The notes below the pieces were generated by a model. That model ran no database searches. It saw only the letters and a program-made list of their open reading frames with translations, and was not told the DNA's origin. 64,000 nt of DNA from Blastocatellia bacterium (GTDB lineage Bacteria; Acidobacteriota; Blastocatellia; UBA7656). The stretch is taken from NCBI GenBank assembly GCA_035275065.1, contig DATENM010000129.1:13409-77408 (forward strand), given 5' to 3'. How positions within the stretch are numbered: position 1 is the stretch's first letter; each line of letters opens with the position of its first letter. The translations under genes and the position numbers were made by a program. This document shows positions 38,116-55,287 of this stretch, in pieces.

Positions 38116-41100
38116 TTAGCTCGGCGAATTCAGAGGCTGCGTTAAACAACCCGAATCCCGCTGCTCCAGAATCGCGTTCGTGTCCCGGTCAGACAGTTGC
38201 TCGACCTGTAAGAAGGTCCAGGCGATCTCCTCGACAATCTCACTTCCTCCCCAGAGATCCGACAAGACTTTGACGACGCCGCTAACCGTCGGCGCGTCGA
38301 ACAGGGCGCGAACCGGAACCTCAACCCGGAAAATCTCGCGCAGTTGCAAGACGACCTGGCTAGCCAGCAACGAATGGCCGCCGAGAGTAAAGAAGTCGCT
38401 GTTGATACCCACCTTGTCAATACACAGGACATCTTCCCATATCCTTGCCACCAGTTCCTCGGCTGGTGTACGCGCCGGAACAAATTCCTCTGTCGTCTCG
38501 ACAGCCGGCCCACCACTCAAGGCGAGCGCCGCCCGGTCAACCTTGCCATTCGCCGTCAGCGGCAACCTGTCCATGACTAAGTATGCCGAAGGGAGCATAT
38601 AGTCAGGCAGCCTTTCTTCTAAGTGGGCGCGCAAGCTCTCGGCGGTGAGCCGGTGCTGCGGGTCGGCGGCGACGTAGGCCAGCAGGCGTCGCTGGCCGGG
38701 GCTGCCTTCTCTGGTAACCACCACCGCCTCGCGCACCGCCGGGTGGCAAGCCAGTATGGCCTCTATCTCGCCCATCTCTACTCGAAACCCGCGAATCTTC
38801 ACCTGGTGGTCGGCGCGACCGATAAATTCGATATTCCCATCTTCCAGGTAACGCGCCAAGTCGCCTGTCTTGTACAAGCGCCCGCCAGGCCGCGGGCTGT
38901 AGGGGTCCGGCACGAAACGCTCCGCCGTGAAGTCCGGGCGATTCAGGTATCCCCGCGCCAGGGCGATGCCACCGATATAAAGCTCTCCGAGCGCGCCCGT
39001 GGGTACAGGGCCGAGCAGTTGGTCCAGCAGATACATACGGGCATTGGCTATGGGCCTGCCGATGCAAGGGCGTGCCGCCCACGAGTCGGGCGCGCCTTGC
39101 AGCGACAGCGCCGTCACCACATGGCTTTCGGACGGGCCATAGTGGTTATGTAGCGTGCACGAACTAAAGTCTTCAAAGAAGGCGACGACGGGCTGGGTGA
39201 TTTGCAACTGCTCGCCGGTCGTGATGACTTCCCTCAGGCATCTGAACAATTGTTTCCGATAGCGGTGTTCTTCGGCAAGCTGTTGCAGCACGACCACCGG
39301 CAGGACCATTTTCTCAATTTCGTGGCTGGCCAGAAAGCCGGCCAGTCGCGGGATGTCCTGGCGGAACGCCTCAGGGGCGATAAACAAGGTCCCGCCCGAC
39401 ACCCAGGTGGCAAACATCTCGTAAAAGCTGACGTCGAAGCTCGGCGACGCGAACTGTAAGGTCCTCGCCTTTGGCGATAACTCGCCCGTGTGCCATCGGA
39501 TCAGGTTAGCCAGGACGCCCTGCGATAAGCTCACTCCCTTCGGCCTTCCGGTCGAGCCCGATGTGTAGATCACGTAAGCCAGGTCATCAGCCGTGGCCGG
39601 ATTGATGGGACCGGCGTCGCACTGGCCGTTGGCGGCCTCTTGTTCCGCCTCCAGGCAGACGACGGTCGCGCCGCTATCGGGCAAACGCTCAAGCAGATGG
39701 GCCTCGGTCAGTAAGACGGGCGCGCCCGCCTCTGTCAGCATAAAATGCAAGCGCTCGGTCGGATAGCTCGGGTCCAGGGGCAGATAAGCGCCGCCGGCTT
39801 TCAGTGTGGCAAGCACGCCGATGCACATCTTCGGCGAGCGTTCAACGCACAGGCCGACCAGCGCCCCCGGCTTGACCCCGAGCCGCCGCAGGTCGCCGGC
39901 CAGAAGGTTAGCCCGGCGGTTCAAATCGCGGTAGGTGAGTTGCTCGTCGCCATAGACGACCGCAATGGCTTCGGGCGTTCTCGCCGCCTGCCCTTCAAAC
40001 ATCTGCGACAGGTTCTGGTCAGCCGGGTAAGCCAGGTCGGTGTCGTTCCACTCGGTCAGCAGCCTGCGCTGCTCAGCCTCAGTCAGCACGGGCAGTTCAC
40101 TCAACCGGCGATCAGGGTCGGCGAGCGCCGCCGCCAGCAGCCGTTGATAAGCCTCGGCCATGCGCCTGATTTTCGGCTCGTCGAACAGGTCTGTGCTGTA
40201 ATGGATGTGGCCGGTGAATCGCCCGCCGCTCTCTTGTATGACCATCATCAGGTCGTACTTGGCGGTCCCCATGTCGATCTTTTCTTCGCTGACGGTCAGG
40301 CCGCTTAACCCTGCCTGCGCCGTCAACCCTTGCTCCATGACAAACATCACTTCGACCAGCGGCCTGCGGCTGACGTCGCGGCCGACGGCCAGCTCGGCCA
40401 CCAGCTTTTCATAAGGCAGCTCCTGATGCTTGTAGGCGCCGACCGCCGCCTCTTTTACCCTCGCCAGCATTTGCCTGAAAGTCGGATTTCCCGTCAGGTC
40501 GCCCTTGATGATCAGCGTGTTAACCATCAGGCCGACGATGCTTTCCAACTCGGCGCGCCCCCGGTTGGCGGCGACGCTGCCGACGGCCACTTTATCCTGG
40601 GCACAGTAACGTCCGAGCAACACCTGCCACGCGGCCAGCAGCGCCATGTATACGGTGACGCCGCTGGACTGGCTCAACGCTTTGACGCCATGACCGACCG
40701 CCGGACTCAGCTCGAACCTCCAGGCCGCGCCGCAATAGCTCGGCACAGGCGGCCTGGGGCGGTCGCCGGGCATATCCATAGACGGCAGCGAGCCGCCTAG
40801 CTGCTGCCTCCAATAGTCCATTTCGGAGTCCAGGTCGCCCCGGTTAATCCGCTCCTTTTGCCACGCTGCGAAATCGGCATAGTGCAGGTCCGGCTCGGTC
40901 AGAGGCGACTCGCCGCCACGGCCATAAGTCTCGTACAAGCGGCGCAGCTCATGGATGAGTAACCCTTTCGACCACCCGTCACAGATGATGTGGTGCAGGC
41001 TAAGCACCAGCAGATGCTCTGCCGGTTCGAGCTTGACCAGGACGGCCCTGATCAGGCGCGGCCGGCTAAGGTCGAAGCGCCGGCAGGCCAGCCGCCGCGC

Positions 41101-41598
41101 CTGTTCGCGCGCCACTGCATCACGGCCTGACCGGGCCACCCGGCACAGATCAACTACGGGAAGGGGGAGATGCCCCTCGTCCGATACGCGCTGGTAAGGC
41201 TGCCCCTCGACGACTTCAAAGGAGGTTCTGAGCACCTCATGGCGGCGTACCAGCTCATTGAGGGAGTGTTGTAGCGCCGGAACGTTTAACGTCCCGACCA
41301 GGCGAAGCGCGATGGCCTCGTTGTAGAGCGCCGTATCCGACGCCAGCTGGTCCATGAACCACAGGCGCTCTTGCGCGGGCGCGAGCACGCACAGCCCCGC
41401 CGTGGTTTGACGGCGCTGGGAAGCTTCCGTCTCTAAGCAAGCCAGGGAAGGGTCCAGCTCTTCCCTGCTTGGGAGCTCAGGCCCGCGCCGCGCCGGCGCG
41501 ACGGCTCTTTCAGAAGATGGATGAGACCGCCGCCGCCTGGCTGCCGTCCCTTTACCTTCCCGGCCCGGATGGGTTGATGAGAGTGCGAATGCGATCAT
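38116..41598 (-). CDS. NRPS elongation module C-A-T with ~60 aa C-terminal docking tail
   Basis: LAPAQERLWFMDQL, HHIICDGWS, YTSGSTGRPKGV, YKTGDLARYLEDGNIEFIGRADHQVKIRGFRVEMGEIE, LPDYMLPSAYLVMDRLPLTANGKVDR, FFTLGGHSLLASQ. Start chosen at ATG 41598 (RBS GAGGGGGG), which overlaps the upstream gene end by ~47 nt. The track start at 41748 overlaps more. Confidence 0.8.
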   Translation of the reverse strand: MIAFALSSTHPGREGKGTAARRRRSHPSSERAVAPARRGPELPSREELDPSLACLETEASQRRQTTAGLCVLAPAQERLWFMDQLASDTALYNEAIALRLVGTLNVPALQHSLNELVRRHEVLRTSFEVVEGQPYQRVSDEGHLPLPVVDLCRVARSGRDAVAREQARRLACRRFDLSRPRLIRAVLVKLEPAEHLLVLSLHHIICDGWSKGLLIHELRRLYETYGRGGESPLTEPDLHYADFAAWQKERINRGDLDSEMDYWRQQLGGSLPSMDMPGDRPRPPVPSYCGAAWRFELSPAVGHGVKALSQSSGVTVYMALLAAWQVLLGRYCAQDKVAVGSVAANRGRAELESIVGLMVNTLIIKGDLTGNPTFRQMLARVKEAAVGAYKHQELPYEKLVAELAVGRDVSRRPLVEVMFVMEQGLTAQAGLSGLTVSEEKIDMGTAKYDLMMVIQESGGRFTGHIHYSTDLFDEPKIRRMAEAYQRLLAAALADPDRRLSELPVLTEAEQRRLLTEWNDTDLAYPADQNLSQMFEGQAARTPEAIAVVYGDEQLTYRDLNRRANLLAGDLRRLGVKPGALVGLCVERSPKMCIGVLATLKAGGAYLPLDPSYPTERLHFMLTEAGAPVLLTEAHLLERLPDSGATVVCLEAEQEAANGQCDAGPINPATADDLAYVIYTSGSTGRPKGVSLSQGVLANLIRWHTGELSPKARTLQFASPSFDVSFYEMFATWVSGGTLFIAPEAFRQDIPRLAGFLASHEIEKMVLPVVVLQQLAEEHRYRKQLFRCLREVITTGEQLQITQPVVAFFEDFSSCTLHNHYGPSESHVVTALSLQGAPDSWAARPCIGRPIANARMYLLDQLLGPVPTGALGELYIGGIALARGYLNRPDFTAERFVPDPYSPRPGGRLYKTGDLARYLEDGNIEFIGRADHQVKIRGFRVEMGEIEAILACHPAVREAVVVTREGSPGQRRLLAYVAADPQHRLTAESLRAHLEERLPDYMLPSAYLVMDRLPLTANGKVDRAALALSGGPAVETTEEFVPARTPAEELVARIWEDVLCIDKVGINSDFFTLGGHSLLASQVVLQLREIFRVEVPVRALFDAPTVSGVVKVLSDLWGGSEIVEEIAWTFLQVEQLSDRDTNAILEQRDSGCLTQPLNSPS

Positions 41599-44500
41599 TG
41601 TTTCCCCCCTCGCTGTTGACCGCGACATTCGATGCCCGTTTGCGACAGGTTCGGATGTCAAGGTCCAGCGCCCTTGGCTCGTACCACATTCCATCCTGAA
41701 AAGCCCTCGCCAGGCTCCTGGGTGATGGGTAGCTGTAGAACTCCTCAATGCCCGGTCGGCAGTTGAACTCTTTTTCGAGCCGGGTCGCGATCCTGGTTAT
41801 GTCAATGGAGTTCGCGCCCAGTTCGAGCAGGTTGGTGTCCGCGCCTACGTGATCTAGCTTGAGAACGTCGGCAATGCATTCGGCAATTCGCTCCTCGACC
41901 GACATGCCTCTTTGCGCCGGCGGGTCGGCGGGCAGGCTCGCTGTCCTGGCCTGGCCGGCCAGCGCCTTGCGATCAACCTTGCCATTGGCCGTGAGCGGCA
42001 GGCTGTCGCTGATGACGAAGGCCGAAGGTATCATATAGGCGGGCAATTTCTTCCTGAGAAAGCGGCGCAACTCATCAACGGTCGGGGCCGAGCCGGGGTC
42101 GGCAGCCAGGTAAGCGACCAGCCGCTTGTTTTCGCGCGCCCCCTCGGCGACCACCGCCTTCGAGCGCACGCCGGGGTAATTGCCCAGCGCCGCTTCGATC
42201 TCTCCGAGTTCGATGCGATAGCCCTGAATCTTCACCTGAGCGTCTACGCGGCCAAGAAATTCGATAGTTCCGTCAGGAAGATAACGGCCAAGGTCGCCCG
42301 TCCGGTAGAGCCGCTCGCCGGTGCGCGGGTGGGTGATAAAACTCGCCTCGGTGAGCCGGTCATCCCGCCAATAGCCCAGGGCCAGGCCGACGCCGCCTAT
42401 ATACAAGTCGCCGGCAACCCAGACCGGGCGCGGCTCCAGCGCCTGGTTCAAAACGTGGAAACGCTGATTAGCTAGTGGCCGCCCATAGGGAATGCTTGGC
42501 AGGTCGGTCGGCTGGCCGTCGGCCGGGTGGAAGATGGACCACACGGACGCTTCGGTCGCGCCCCCAAGGCTAATCACTTGAGCAGCAGGGGCAAGCGCCT
42601 TGATCCTGTCAGGCAGGGTGACGGAAATCCAGTCGCCGCTCAAGAGCACGAGGCGCAATGACCCGGCGGGCCGGCCGCCGCGGCCAGCCGCGCAGGCCAC
42701 CAGCATCTCCATCACGGCCGGCGCAGAATTCCAAACCGTCACCTCCTCGCGGTCAATCAGGTCGAGCCAACGCGCCGCGTCACGGCTCGCAGAGGCAGCC
42801 GGCATGACGATAGTGCCGCCCGCCGCCAACGTCCCGAAAATATCATAGACGGAAAGATCGAAGCTCAGGTTTGAAACCGCCAGGACCCGATCATCTGGCC
42901 CTATCCCGAAACGCCTGTTGATGTCGAGCAAGGTGTTTACGGCCCCCTTATGATCGATCATCACGCCCTTGGGCAATCCCGTCGAGCCGGACGTGTAGAT
43001 GACGTAAGCGAGATCATCGGGCTGCTGCGCCGGTTCGGGCGGCGCGCCGGCCTCGCCGGGCGGCTCAAAATCGACCGCCAATCGCTGTAGCTCGCGGGGC
43101 CATTCGAGGGCTTCGTCAACCCACGACTGGGTTAGCACAATAGAGACTTCGCCGTGGCTGAGCAGGTGCCAGAGGCGTTCCTGCGGTAAGCCCGGGTCAA
43201 GCGGCAGGTAGGCCGCCCCGGCTTGTAGGATCGCCAGAACGGCGGCGACCTGTTCCACCCCCTTTTCCATAACCACCGCGACCAGCGTGTTGGGGCGAGC
43301 GCCCATCAGCCTGAGCTTGCGGCTCAGGCCGTTGACTCTCGCTTGCAGTTCTTCATAAGTGAGCGAGCCGCTCGCCGCGACGACGGCGGTCTGCTGCGGT
43401 CGCCTTTTGGCCTGCTCCTGGAATAAGCCCTGCAACAGGGCCGGCGCGGCGGCCACTTCAGTCTGATTGATGGCGTCGCGCTGGCGGCGCTGAGCGGGCG
43501 GCAGGAGACTGCCGGACGGTTGCCGCCAGGCGCGCGGGTCATCACTCAGCCGCCGCAATAACGAGCAATAGGTCTCGAACATGTCATCGAGCAGGCGCTC
43601 TGGGAACAGGCTTTCGACCGCATCCCAGTTGAAGACCAGGTTGCCGCCCTCTTCGAGCACTTGATGATCGAGCCAGACCTGCGGCGTCTGGGTGATGCCG
43701 TACACAACGTCACCCATCCATAACGTCTTCTCCGTCCGCTTGCCGGCCTGGTGGGGCGACAACAGGCTGGTGAAGACGATGGGCAGGGCCGCGCCCGGCG
43801 TGCGCCCATGCGCCCGCGCCAGTTCGCGCAGAATTTCAACGCCGCTGACGAACCGGTGGTCGAGGTCTTCGAGCAGTTGCGCCTGCACGCGGCCAGCCCG
43901 CGCCGCGAACGAAATTCCCGACGCCGTGTCGACGGACAGCGGCACCAGCGACGTGAAATCGCCGATGATCTCTTGCACCTGCGGGTGCAGCGGCAAGCGG
44001 TTGAGCAGCGTCACGTTGAGCGTGAACTCGGGTTTTCTGCTCCAGGTCGCCAGCACGTCGGCAAAGGCCGTCAGGAGCGCGCCGGAAGGGGTCAGGCCGA
44101 GCTCGGCGGCATGGGCCTTGATTTGCGCCCACGCCCCGGCCTGCAACTGCCCCGTGCGCCGCACGAATCGGGGGCGGGCCTGCGAACCTGGGTTGTTGGC
44201 AAGCGGCAGGTCGGGCGCAGGCGGCAGGCTGGACAGACGCTTCGCCCAATACTGCTGCGATTGACGGTAAGACTCCGAATCCTTCAACTCGGCTTCCGCC
44301 ACGACGTAATCCCTGAATTGCAGGTCGAGTGGCGGCAGCGGCGCATCGAGGTCGGCGTAGAGTATCGCCCATTCCGAAAACAGAATCTGCAAGCTCCAAA
44401 CGTCGGCGATCAGTATGTCGAAGCTGAAGTGCAGGCGGACGCCGCCATCGTTGAGCCGCGAGGCACAAATCTCGAACAGCGGCCAGCGGTCGGACGGCAA

Positions 44501-45039
44501 CACCTGATGCGACATGCGGTGACGAACCGCCTCGAGCACGGCGGCAGCCTGCTCGGCCGTGTGCCGCCGCAAGTCGAGGACTTTGATCTCGTAACGCGGC
44601 ACCTGCTCTAGAACCTGCTGCCTGCCGTCCGCAAGTACGATGGCGCGCAGCATGTCGTGGCGCTCGATTAAACGCTGCAAAGCCAGTTCGAGCCGCGGCA
44701 GGTCAAGCTGCTCGGCCTGCACTTCGTAATACGCATGGCAACTGACGTTGCCCAACTCGACGGTGCCGCCGCGACCAATCCAGTAAGCCTGCTGAATGTC
44801 TGTCAGCGGGAAGGGCTCGTAGCGACGCCGCGGGTCGGGGATGGCAATGGGGAGCGCGCTGTCAGCGTCGGCCCGCTGAGCTTTTTCGAGCAACTCCATA
44901 ACCGCGGCCTTGTGCGCCGCCAGCTTGGCCTGTAGCTCGGGCGTGAGCACCCCCTTGGGGGCGCGGACGCGCAGATGTTCGCCGTCGCTCCACACCTCGG
45001 CGTTCTGCCGGATCAGGTCAGTCAGTACTTCAGACGCCA

Positions 45040-45043
<4 letters not shown>
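41552..45043 (-). CDS. NRPS heterocyclization module Cy-A(Cys-like)-T with N-terminal docking domain
   Basis: Cy motifs FPLTDIQQAYWIGR and FDILIADVWS (DxxxxDxxS). A domain: YTSGSTGLPKGV, SNLSFDLSVYDIFG (code begins D-L-Y as in Cys-activating domains), YRTGDLGRYLPDGTIEFLGRVDAQVKIQGYRIELGEIE, LPAYMIPSAFVISDSLPLTANGKVDR. T domain LLELGANSIDITRI. The start ATG overlaps the PKS stop (ATGA), RBS GGGAGGAA. Confidence 0.85.
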
Positions 45044-51561
<6,518 letters not shown>

Positions 51562-51711
51562 ATGTCATCACCAGGAATAAGGCTTCGACAACTCCGAGCA
51601 GGTTACCACCTGTGACGCCAGCCCTTGAGACGCCCAGCGGCTTAAGATAATGAGCCAAGCGGGACAAATTAAGGCATGCAGGTATATGAATCCTGAAGCC
51701 TGCTGTACCGT

Positions 51712-51741
51712 CCGGCGCTAGCTCCTCAAACCTAGCGCCGG
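51712..51741 (-). promoter_or_regulatory. Leader hairpin (10-bp perfect stem CCGGCGCTAG / CTAGCGCCGG, 10-nt loop) containing an ops-like GGCGCTAGGTTTG motif, 5' of the PKS gene
   Basis: Read directly. It lies ~40 nt downstream of the NusG-paralog stop and ~150 nt upstream of the PKS ATG. No U-tract follows on the mRNA strand, so it is not a canonical intrinsic terminator. Confidence 0.4.
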
Positions 51742-51779
51742 CTTAGGTTTCGCGATTTCGGTTCTCACGGTTCGAGTTT

Positions 51780-52322
51780 TCAGGCGTAGCAAACCGTATC
51801 GCTAACTTTGCGTAACATGCCGCGTTCGATGCGGACGCGGGCTCGGTAAAGAACAGTGTTCAGCAACACCTCGACGCGATCAGAATCCTTCATTTCCTTC
51901 TCAAAAACTCCGGTCAGGTTCTGGAAGACGCCCTCTTGAATTACCACCATATCGCCGGGCTTTATGCCGTCGCCGAGCTTAACGAAGCCATCTTTGCCGA
52001 TACGGGAGCGAACCAGAGCAATGATCTCCTCATCGACCTCGGTCGGGCCATCGCCAAATCCCACCAACCCCTGCACGCCTCTGGTGTAGCGGATTTTGTG
52101 GAATAACCGTTCGAGATTGAAACAAGCGAAGACGTAGCGTGAGAACAGCGGCTTAACCGTGTACCGGGGAAGACCGTTGAATGCGTTGTAGGAAACATCA
52201 CGGAACTGAGGTGAAAGCGTTTCGATATTCCAGGCGCGAAGATTGCTAATTGCCCGATCTTCTTGCTTCGGTTTGGTATGAATCAGGAACCAGGAGCGCT
52301 CGTCGTTGTCCAGATTACTCAT
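51780..52322 (-). CDS. NusG/RfaH-family paralog (LoaP/TaA/UpxY-like specialised transcription antiterminator)
   Basis: NGN domain WFLIHTKPKQEDRAISNLRAWNIETLSPQF...RYVFACF. KOW motif IKPGDMVVIQEGVFQNLTGVFEKE. Start at ATG 52322 (MSNLDNDE), preceded by GGAGG with a 6-nt spacer. The track's N-terminal extension is rejected. Confidence 0.75.
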   Translation of the reverse strand: MSNLDNDERSWFLIHTKPKQEDRAISNLRAWNIETLSPQFRDVSYNAFNGLPRYTVKPLFSRYVFACFNLERLFHKIRYTRGVQGLVGFGDGPTEVDEEIIALVRSRIGKDGFVKLGDGIKPGDMVVIQEGVFQNLTGVFEKEMKDSDRVEVLLNTVLYRARVRIERGMLRKVSDTVCYA

Positions 52323-52455
52323 AGCCATCCTCCAATTACACCGTCTGGGCTTGGCGCGTAGCCATATATCTTTAATCCGTCGGGAACCTGCGGATTTCAG
52401 TAGCTTCGTGCGCAGTGGAATACTACACAAGTGGGCTGAGTAAGTATTTATTAGC

Positions 52456-52475
52456 TCTTGAATTCTCTTTCAAGA
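52456..52475. promoter_or_regulatory. Inverted repeat TCTTGAA-N6-TTCAAGA in an AT-rich stretch ~135 bp upstream of the NusG-paralog start; candidate operator
   Basis: Read directly. It sits in a locally low-GC region (52440-52520) typical of promoter DNA in a high-GC genome. Confidence 0.3.
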
Positions 52476-52812
52476 ATTATTGAAAACCGTTTTAAAGTTT
52501 TTTTAATTCATCCCTGGAATGGCTCAGAGGGGCCGGGAAACGACAAGGGAAGACATGGATCGCCGCCGATAACCGGGCGGAGGCCTACGCCGGTCCACTG
52601 CCGACCATCAGCGCCGGCAACCCCCAACGCTGGAGGAATTTGCGAGGAAGTGCCGCCTGTTTCAGGAGGCGAAAAAGCGGCTCAGACTCTCATGATGACT
52701 GCACCTCAGCTCGGGGCTAGACCGGTCGACAGATGCGCCCCTCGGCCGCGGCTTGCGGCCCGCAGGCTGGGCAGCGGTCTTGCGCTTGACGCGGCGGTTG
52801 CCGGACAGGAAG

Positions 52813-55017
52813 TTAAGGGACGACCTCGAATGAAGTCTCGCGGGTCTGCGCCGCTTTGGACTGCGGATCTTTCACAGAGATTCGCAAGGTGTAATATCCG
52901 GGCGTGAGGCGCGATGACGGGACGCGCCCGCCGAATTCGACCGAGTCGGCTTCCTTAGCGAGTACGAGCGACGACAGCGGCTTCCATGTATCTTCAAACA
53001 CGACCTCTTCATCCTTCAGTATCTGCTCCTGAATCATTAGCCCCGCAGCGCTACGCTCGCCCAATCCCGCCTGGCGCGCCTTGCCGTAGTAGGCGAGGAC
53101 ATCGTCGCGCCGGAAGAGAAGGAGGCCGTTGCGCACGCGCGGCTGTGACACAGCCTGCTTGGCGGCTTCTGTCGCTTTGTCATCGGACGGCAACCTGGCG
53201 GTCGAGATGCTGCTCAGAATCAGCTTCCTCGATTTAAGATCGGGCACTTCAACCCAGGTCGAGGCCGTGCCCATCTTGCCGGTCTGCGAGTCGAACACGC
53301 CGACGCGTATCTGGTAGAGGCCGCGCTCCAGGCGCAGGCGTTTGGTATAGCGGTAGACGTCCTCCCGCGCGCGGTCCAGTTGCTCGCGCGACAGGCGTAT
53401 CTGTACGGCGTCCTGCAAGACGTTGGTTGTCCGCCCCGATGAATCGAGCACGCCGGTCAGCAAAGTAAAACTGGTGACGAAGCTCTGGCCTTGTTCTTTG
53501 TAGCCGAGATTACGGGCTGCGACGAAGACGTAAACCGACACCTGCGCGTCGTCGCTCGACAGCCAGAGGAAGTCTGCTGAAGCGTCTACCCCGATCTCTG
53601 TGGCGGCTAAAGGCTCACCCATTGTTTTGATCAAAGACTCACGCGGATCCGTCGGCAAGGCGGTCTTCTCTTTGAGAAGGTCGCTGGTCAAATAACCGCT
53701 CTGCGTTCGCACACGGTAATCTGGATGACCTTTGACGCGGACATTGATGGAGCGGAAGCTCTTCTTGTCTTTCGGCGCGGTCGGGTAATAAGCGAGCACG
53801 TAATAGAATCCGTTGTCGTCGAGCGCCTTGCCGAGCGCGCCTTTCAGGTCGTTGGTCGTCAGGAAGGCTTCGCCGCCGGTGCCTTTCGCCAGCCGCTCCA
53901 GGCCGGCCTCCACCTCGCGGTCGCCCGCCGCAAAGTAGCCGGGCAACAGGTGAGCGAGGTGCGGCTCGGACGGCACACTCGTCGTTACGTCGTACATCCT
54001 ATTGCCGTGCAGCCCTTTTGCATTGACCGCGTAGACGACGACGCCCGAGCGCGTGGCACGGCTGATCGCGGCGCGCAGGTCGTCTGAATCGGTCACGCCC
54101 GATTCGTCGAGCTGTGTGAAGCCGTCCGACAGCATTAAGACCATCCGCTGGCCGGGCATCTCGGCAATGCGCGCGGCGACCGCCTTCAGCACGGACAGCG
54201 TTTCCCGGCGCAGGTAGGTCGCTTCGACTGAAATCTGTCGGGCTCGCGATTTGGCGAGGTTGGTCACGAGGGACTCAAAGTGCGGGTCATCAGGAAGGTG
54301 CTCTTCCTGCCTGACGATACTCTTGGCCACTTCTATGGCGTTGGCGTCTTCGGCTTCGACCTTGGCCGCGAGGAAGGGCGTGTAGGCGCTGTCGGAGCGC
54401 GACGCCGGGAAGTTGCTCAGCCGGTTGATCGCTGCCCGCAGCACGCGCTTGTCTGAGGTGAACTGGCTGAACAGGCCCAACCCGCCGCCGGTGGCGACGA
54501 CCGCCGCCAGATCTTCGTCGCCGAGGCGTTCGTCAACGAACTTCAGCATATGCTGTTTGACCTGCATCATGCTCGCCGTCGTCATGTGCAGTGTGTCAAC
54601 GAAGAGGGCGACCGTGCGTTTCGGCCTCGCGGCAGGCGGCACTTGCCGGCGGCTCGCCGGCGACGCGCCGGGCGGGCTGGTGGCGAGCGCGCCGCTGATC
54701 TGTTCGGCGGTGAAGAAGCTGACGACCTGCTTTCGGCCATCCTCTGTGATCTCGAAATCGTCTTTGGTGAGGTCTGTGATCGGCTTGCCCTGTTTGTCGG
54801 TGACCACGGCGCGAAGCTCGATCAGGTCGGTCTTCAGGCGGATTGGCTGGTCTTGTGACTCTACTTTATTGGCCGCGGACTGCGGCGGCCGCGCGGCCAG
54901 CGCCGCCTGTGTGAACAGCATCACCACCGAGGCGACGCACCAAAGGCGGCGGCGTTGTGCGCTTCTCTTTTTGAGGGGAGCCTTAGCCCGGATGGCGGGC
55001 GAATTCTGATTGTTCAT
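52813..55017 (-). CDS. Secreted VWA-like domain protein (degenerate MIDAS)
   Basis: N-terminal signal-like segment LWCVASVVMLFTQAALAA. VWA-like beta-alpha pattern RTVALFVDTLHMTTASMMQVKQHMLKFVDERLGDEDLAAVVATGG. A large C-terminal region is unassigned. Confidence 0.45.
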   Translation of the reverse strand: MNNQNSPAIRAKAPLKKRSAQRRRLWCVASVVMLFTQAALAARPPQSAANKVESQDQPIRLKTDLIELRAVVTDKQGKPITDLTKDDFEITEDGRKQVVSFFTAEQISGALATSPPGASPASRRQVPPAARPKRTVALFVDTLHMTTASMMQVKQHMLKFVDERLGDEDLAAVVATGGGLGLFSQFTSDKRVLRAAINRLSNFPASRSDSAYTPFLAAKVEAEDANAIEVAKSIVRQEEHLPDDPHFESLVTNLAKSRARQISVEATYLRRETLSVLKAVAARIAEMPGQRMVLMLSDGFTQLDESGVTDSDDLRAAISRATRSGVVVYAVNAKGLHGNRMYDVTTSVPSEPHLAHLLPGYFAAGDREVEAGLERLAKGTGGEAFLTTNDLKGALGKALDDNGFYYVLAYYPTAPKDKKSFRSINVRVKGHPDYRVRTQSGYLTSDLLKEKTALPTDPRESLIKTMGEPLAATEIGVDASADFLWLSSDDAQVSVYVFVAARNLGYKEQGQSFVTSFTLLTGVLDSSGRTTNVLQDAVQIRLSREQLDRAREDVYRYTKRLRLERGLYQIRVGVFDSQTGKMGTASTWVEVPDLKSRKLILSSISTARLPSDDKATEAAKQAVSQPRVRNGLLLFRRDDVLAYYGKARQAGLGERSAAGLMIQEQILKDEEVVFEDTWKPLSSLVLAKEADSVEFGGRVPSSRLTPGYYTLRISVKDPQSKAAQTRETSFEVVP

Positions 55018-55237
55018 GCAAGCTCCCCTTCCCTGCGACTATGAATCATGTTCGTGATGGTATGGCTCTGTGCTTACAGACAGTATTTCACATGTGTCTG
55101 GCGGCTGCAACCACGCTGCACGCGGCAAGCGTCGCTCTTCTTTTTTGAATGGCGGCTTTACCGGTGCGGCCTGCTTTGCGGCAGTCGCCGGTCTGCCATG
55201 CTCAACCCGCCGGAGAAGGCGGTGGGGGAGTGACGTA

Positions 55238-55287
55238 GGACAGACCGCCCGGTCTGTCCCCTTAGCTGACAGAGGTGGCCGTCTGTC
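55238..55287 (-). terminator. Two GC-rich hairpins immediately downstream of the tricorn-protease stop (GGACAGAC-N6-GTCTGTCC and GACAGA-N8-TCTGTC); putative U-tract-poor terminator
   Basis: Read directly. They start 1 nt after the TAA stop. There is no clear U-run, as is common in high-GC genomes. Confidence 0.3.

Noticed and set aside
43751-44611. 286-aa plus-strand ORF, and other plus or minus ORFs within the 38-51 kb region (e.g. 43836-44468 -, 39745-40308 +).
   Set aside because: They sit inside the Cy-A-T, C-A-T or PKS reading frames, in the wrong frame or on the opposite strand. The translations are Arg/Pro/Gly-rich without motifs.
51562-51779. Intrinsic terminator between the NusG-paralog gene and the PKS gene.
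   Set aside because: The strong hairpin at 51712-51741 is not followed by a U-tract on the transcribed strand. I interpret it as a possible regulatory or ops-like structure rather than a canonical terminator.
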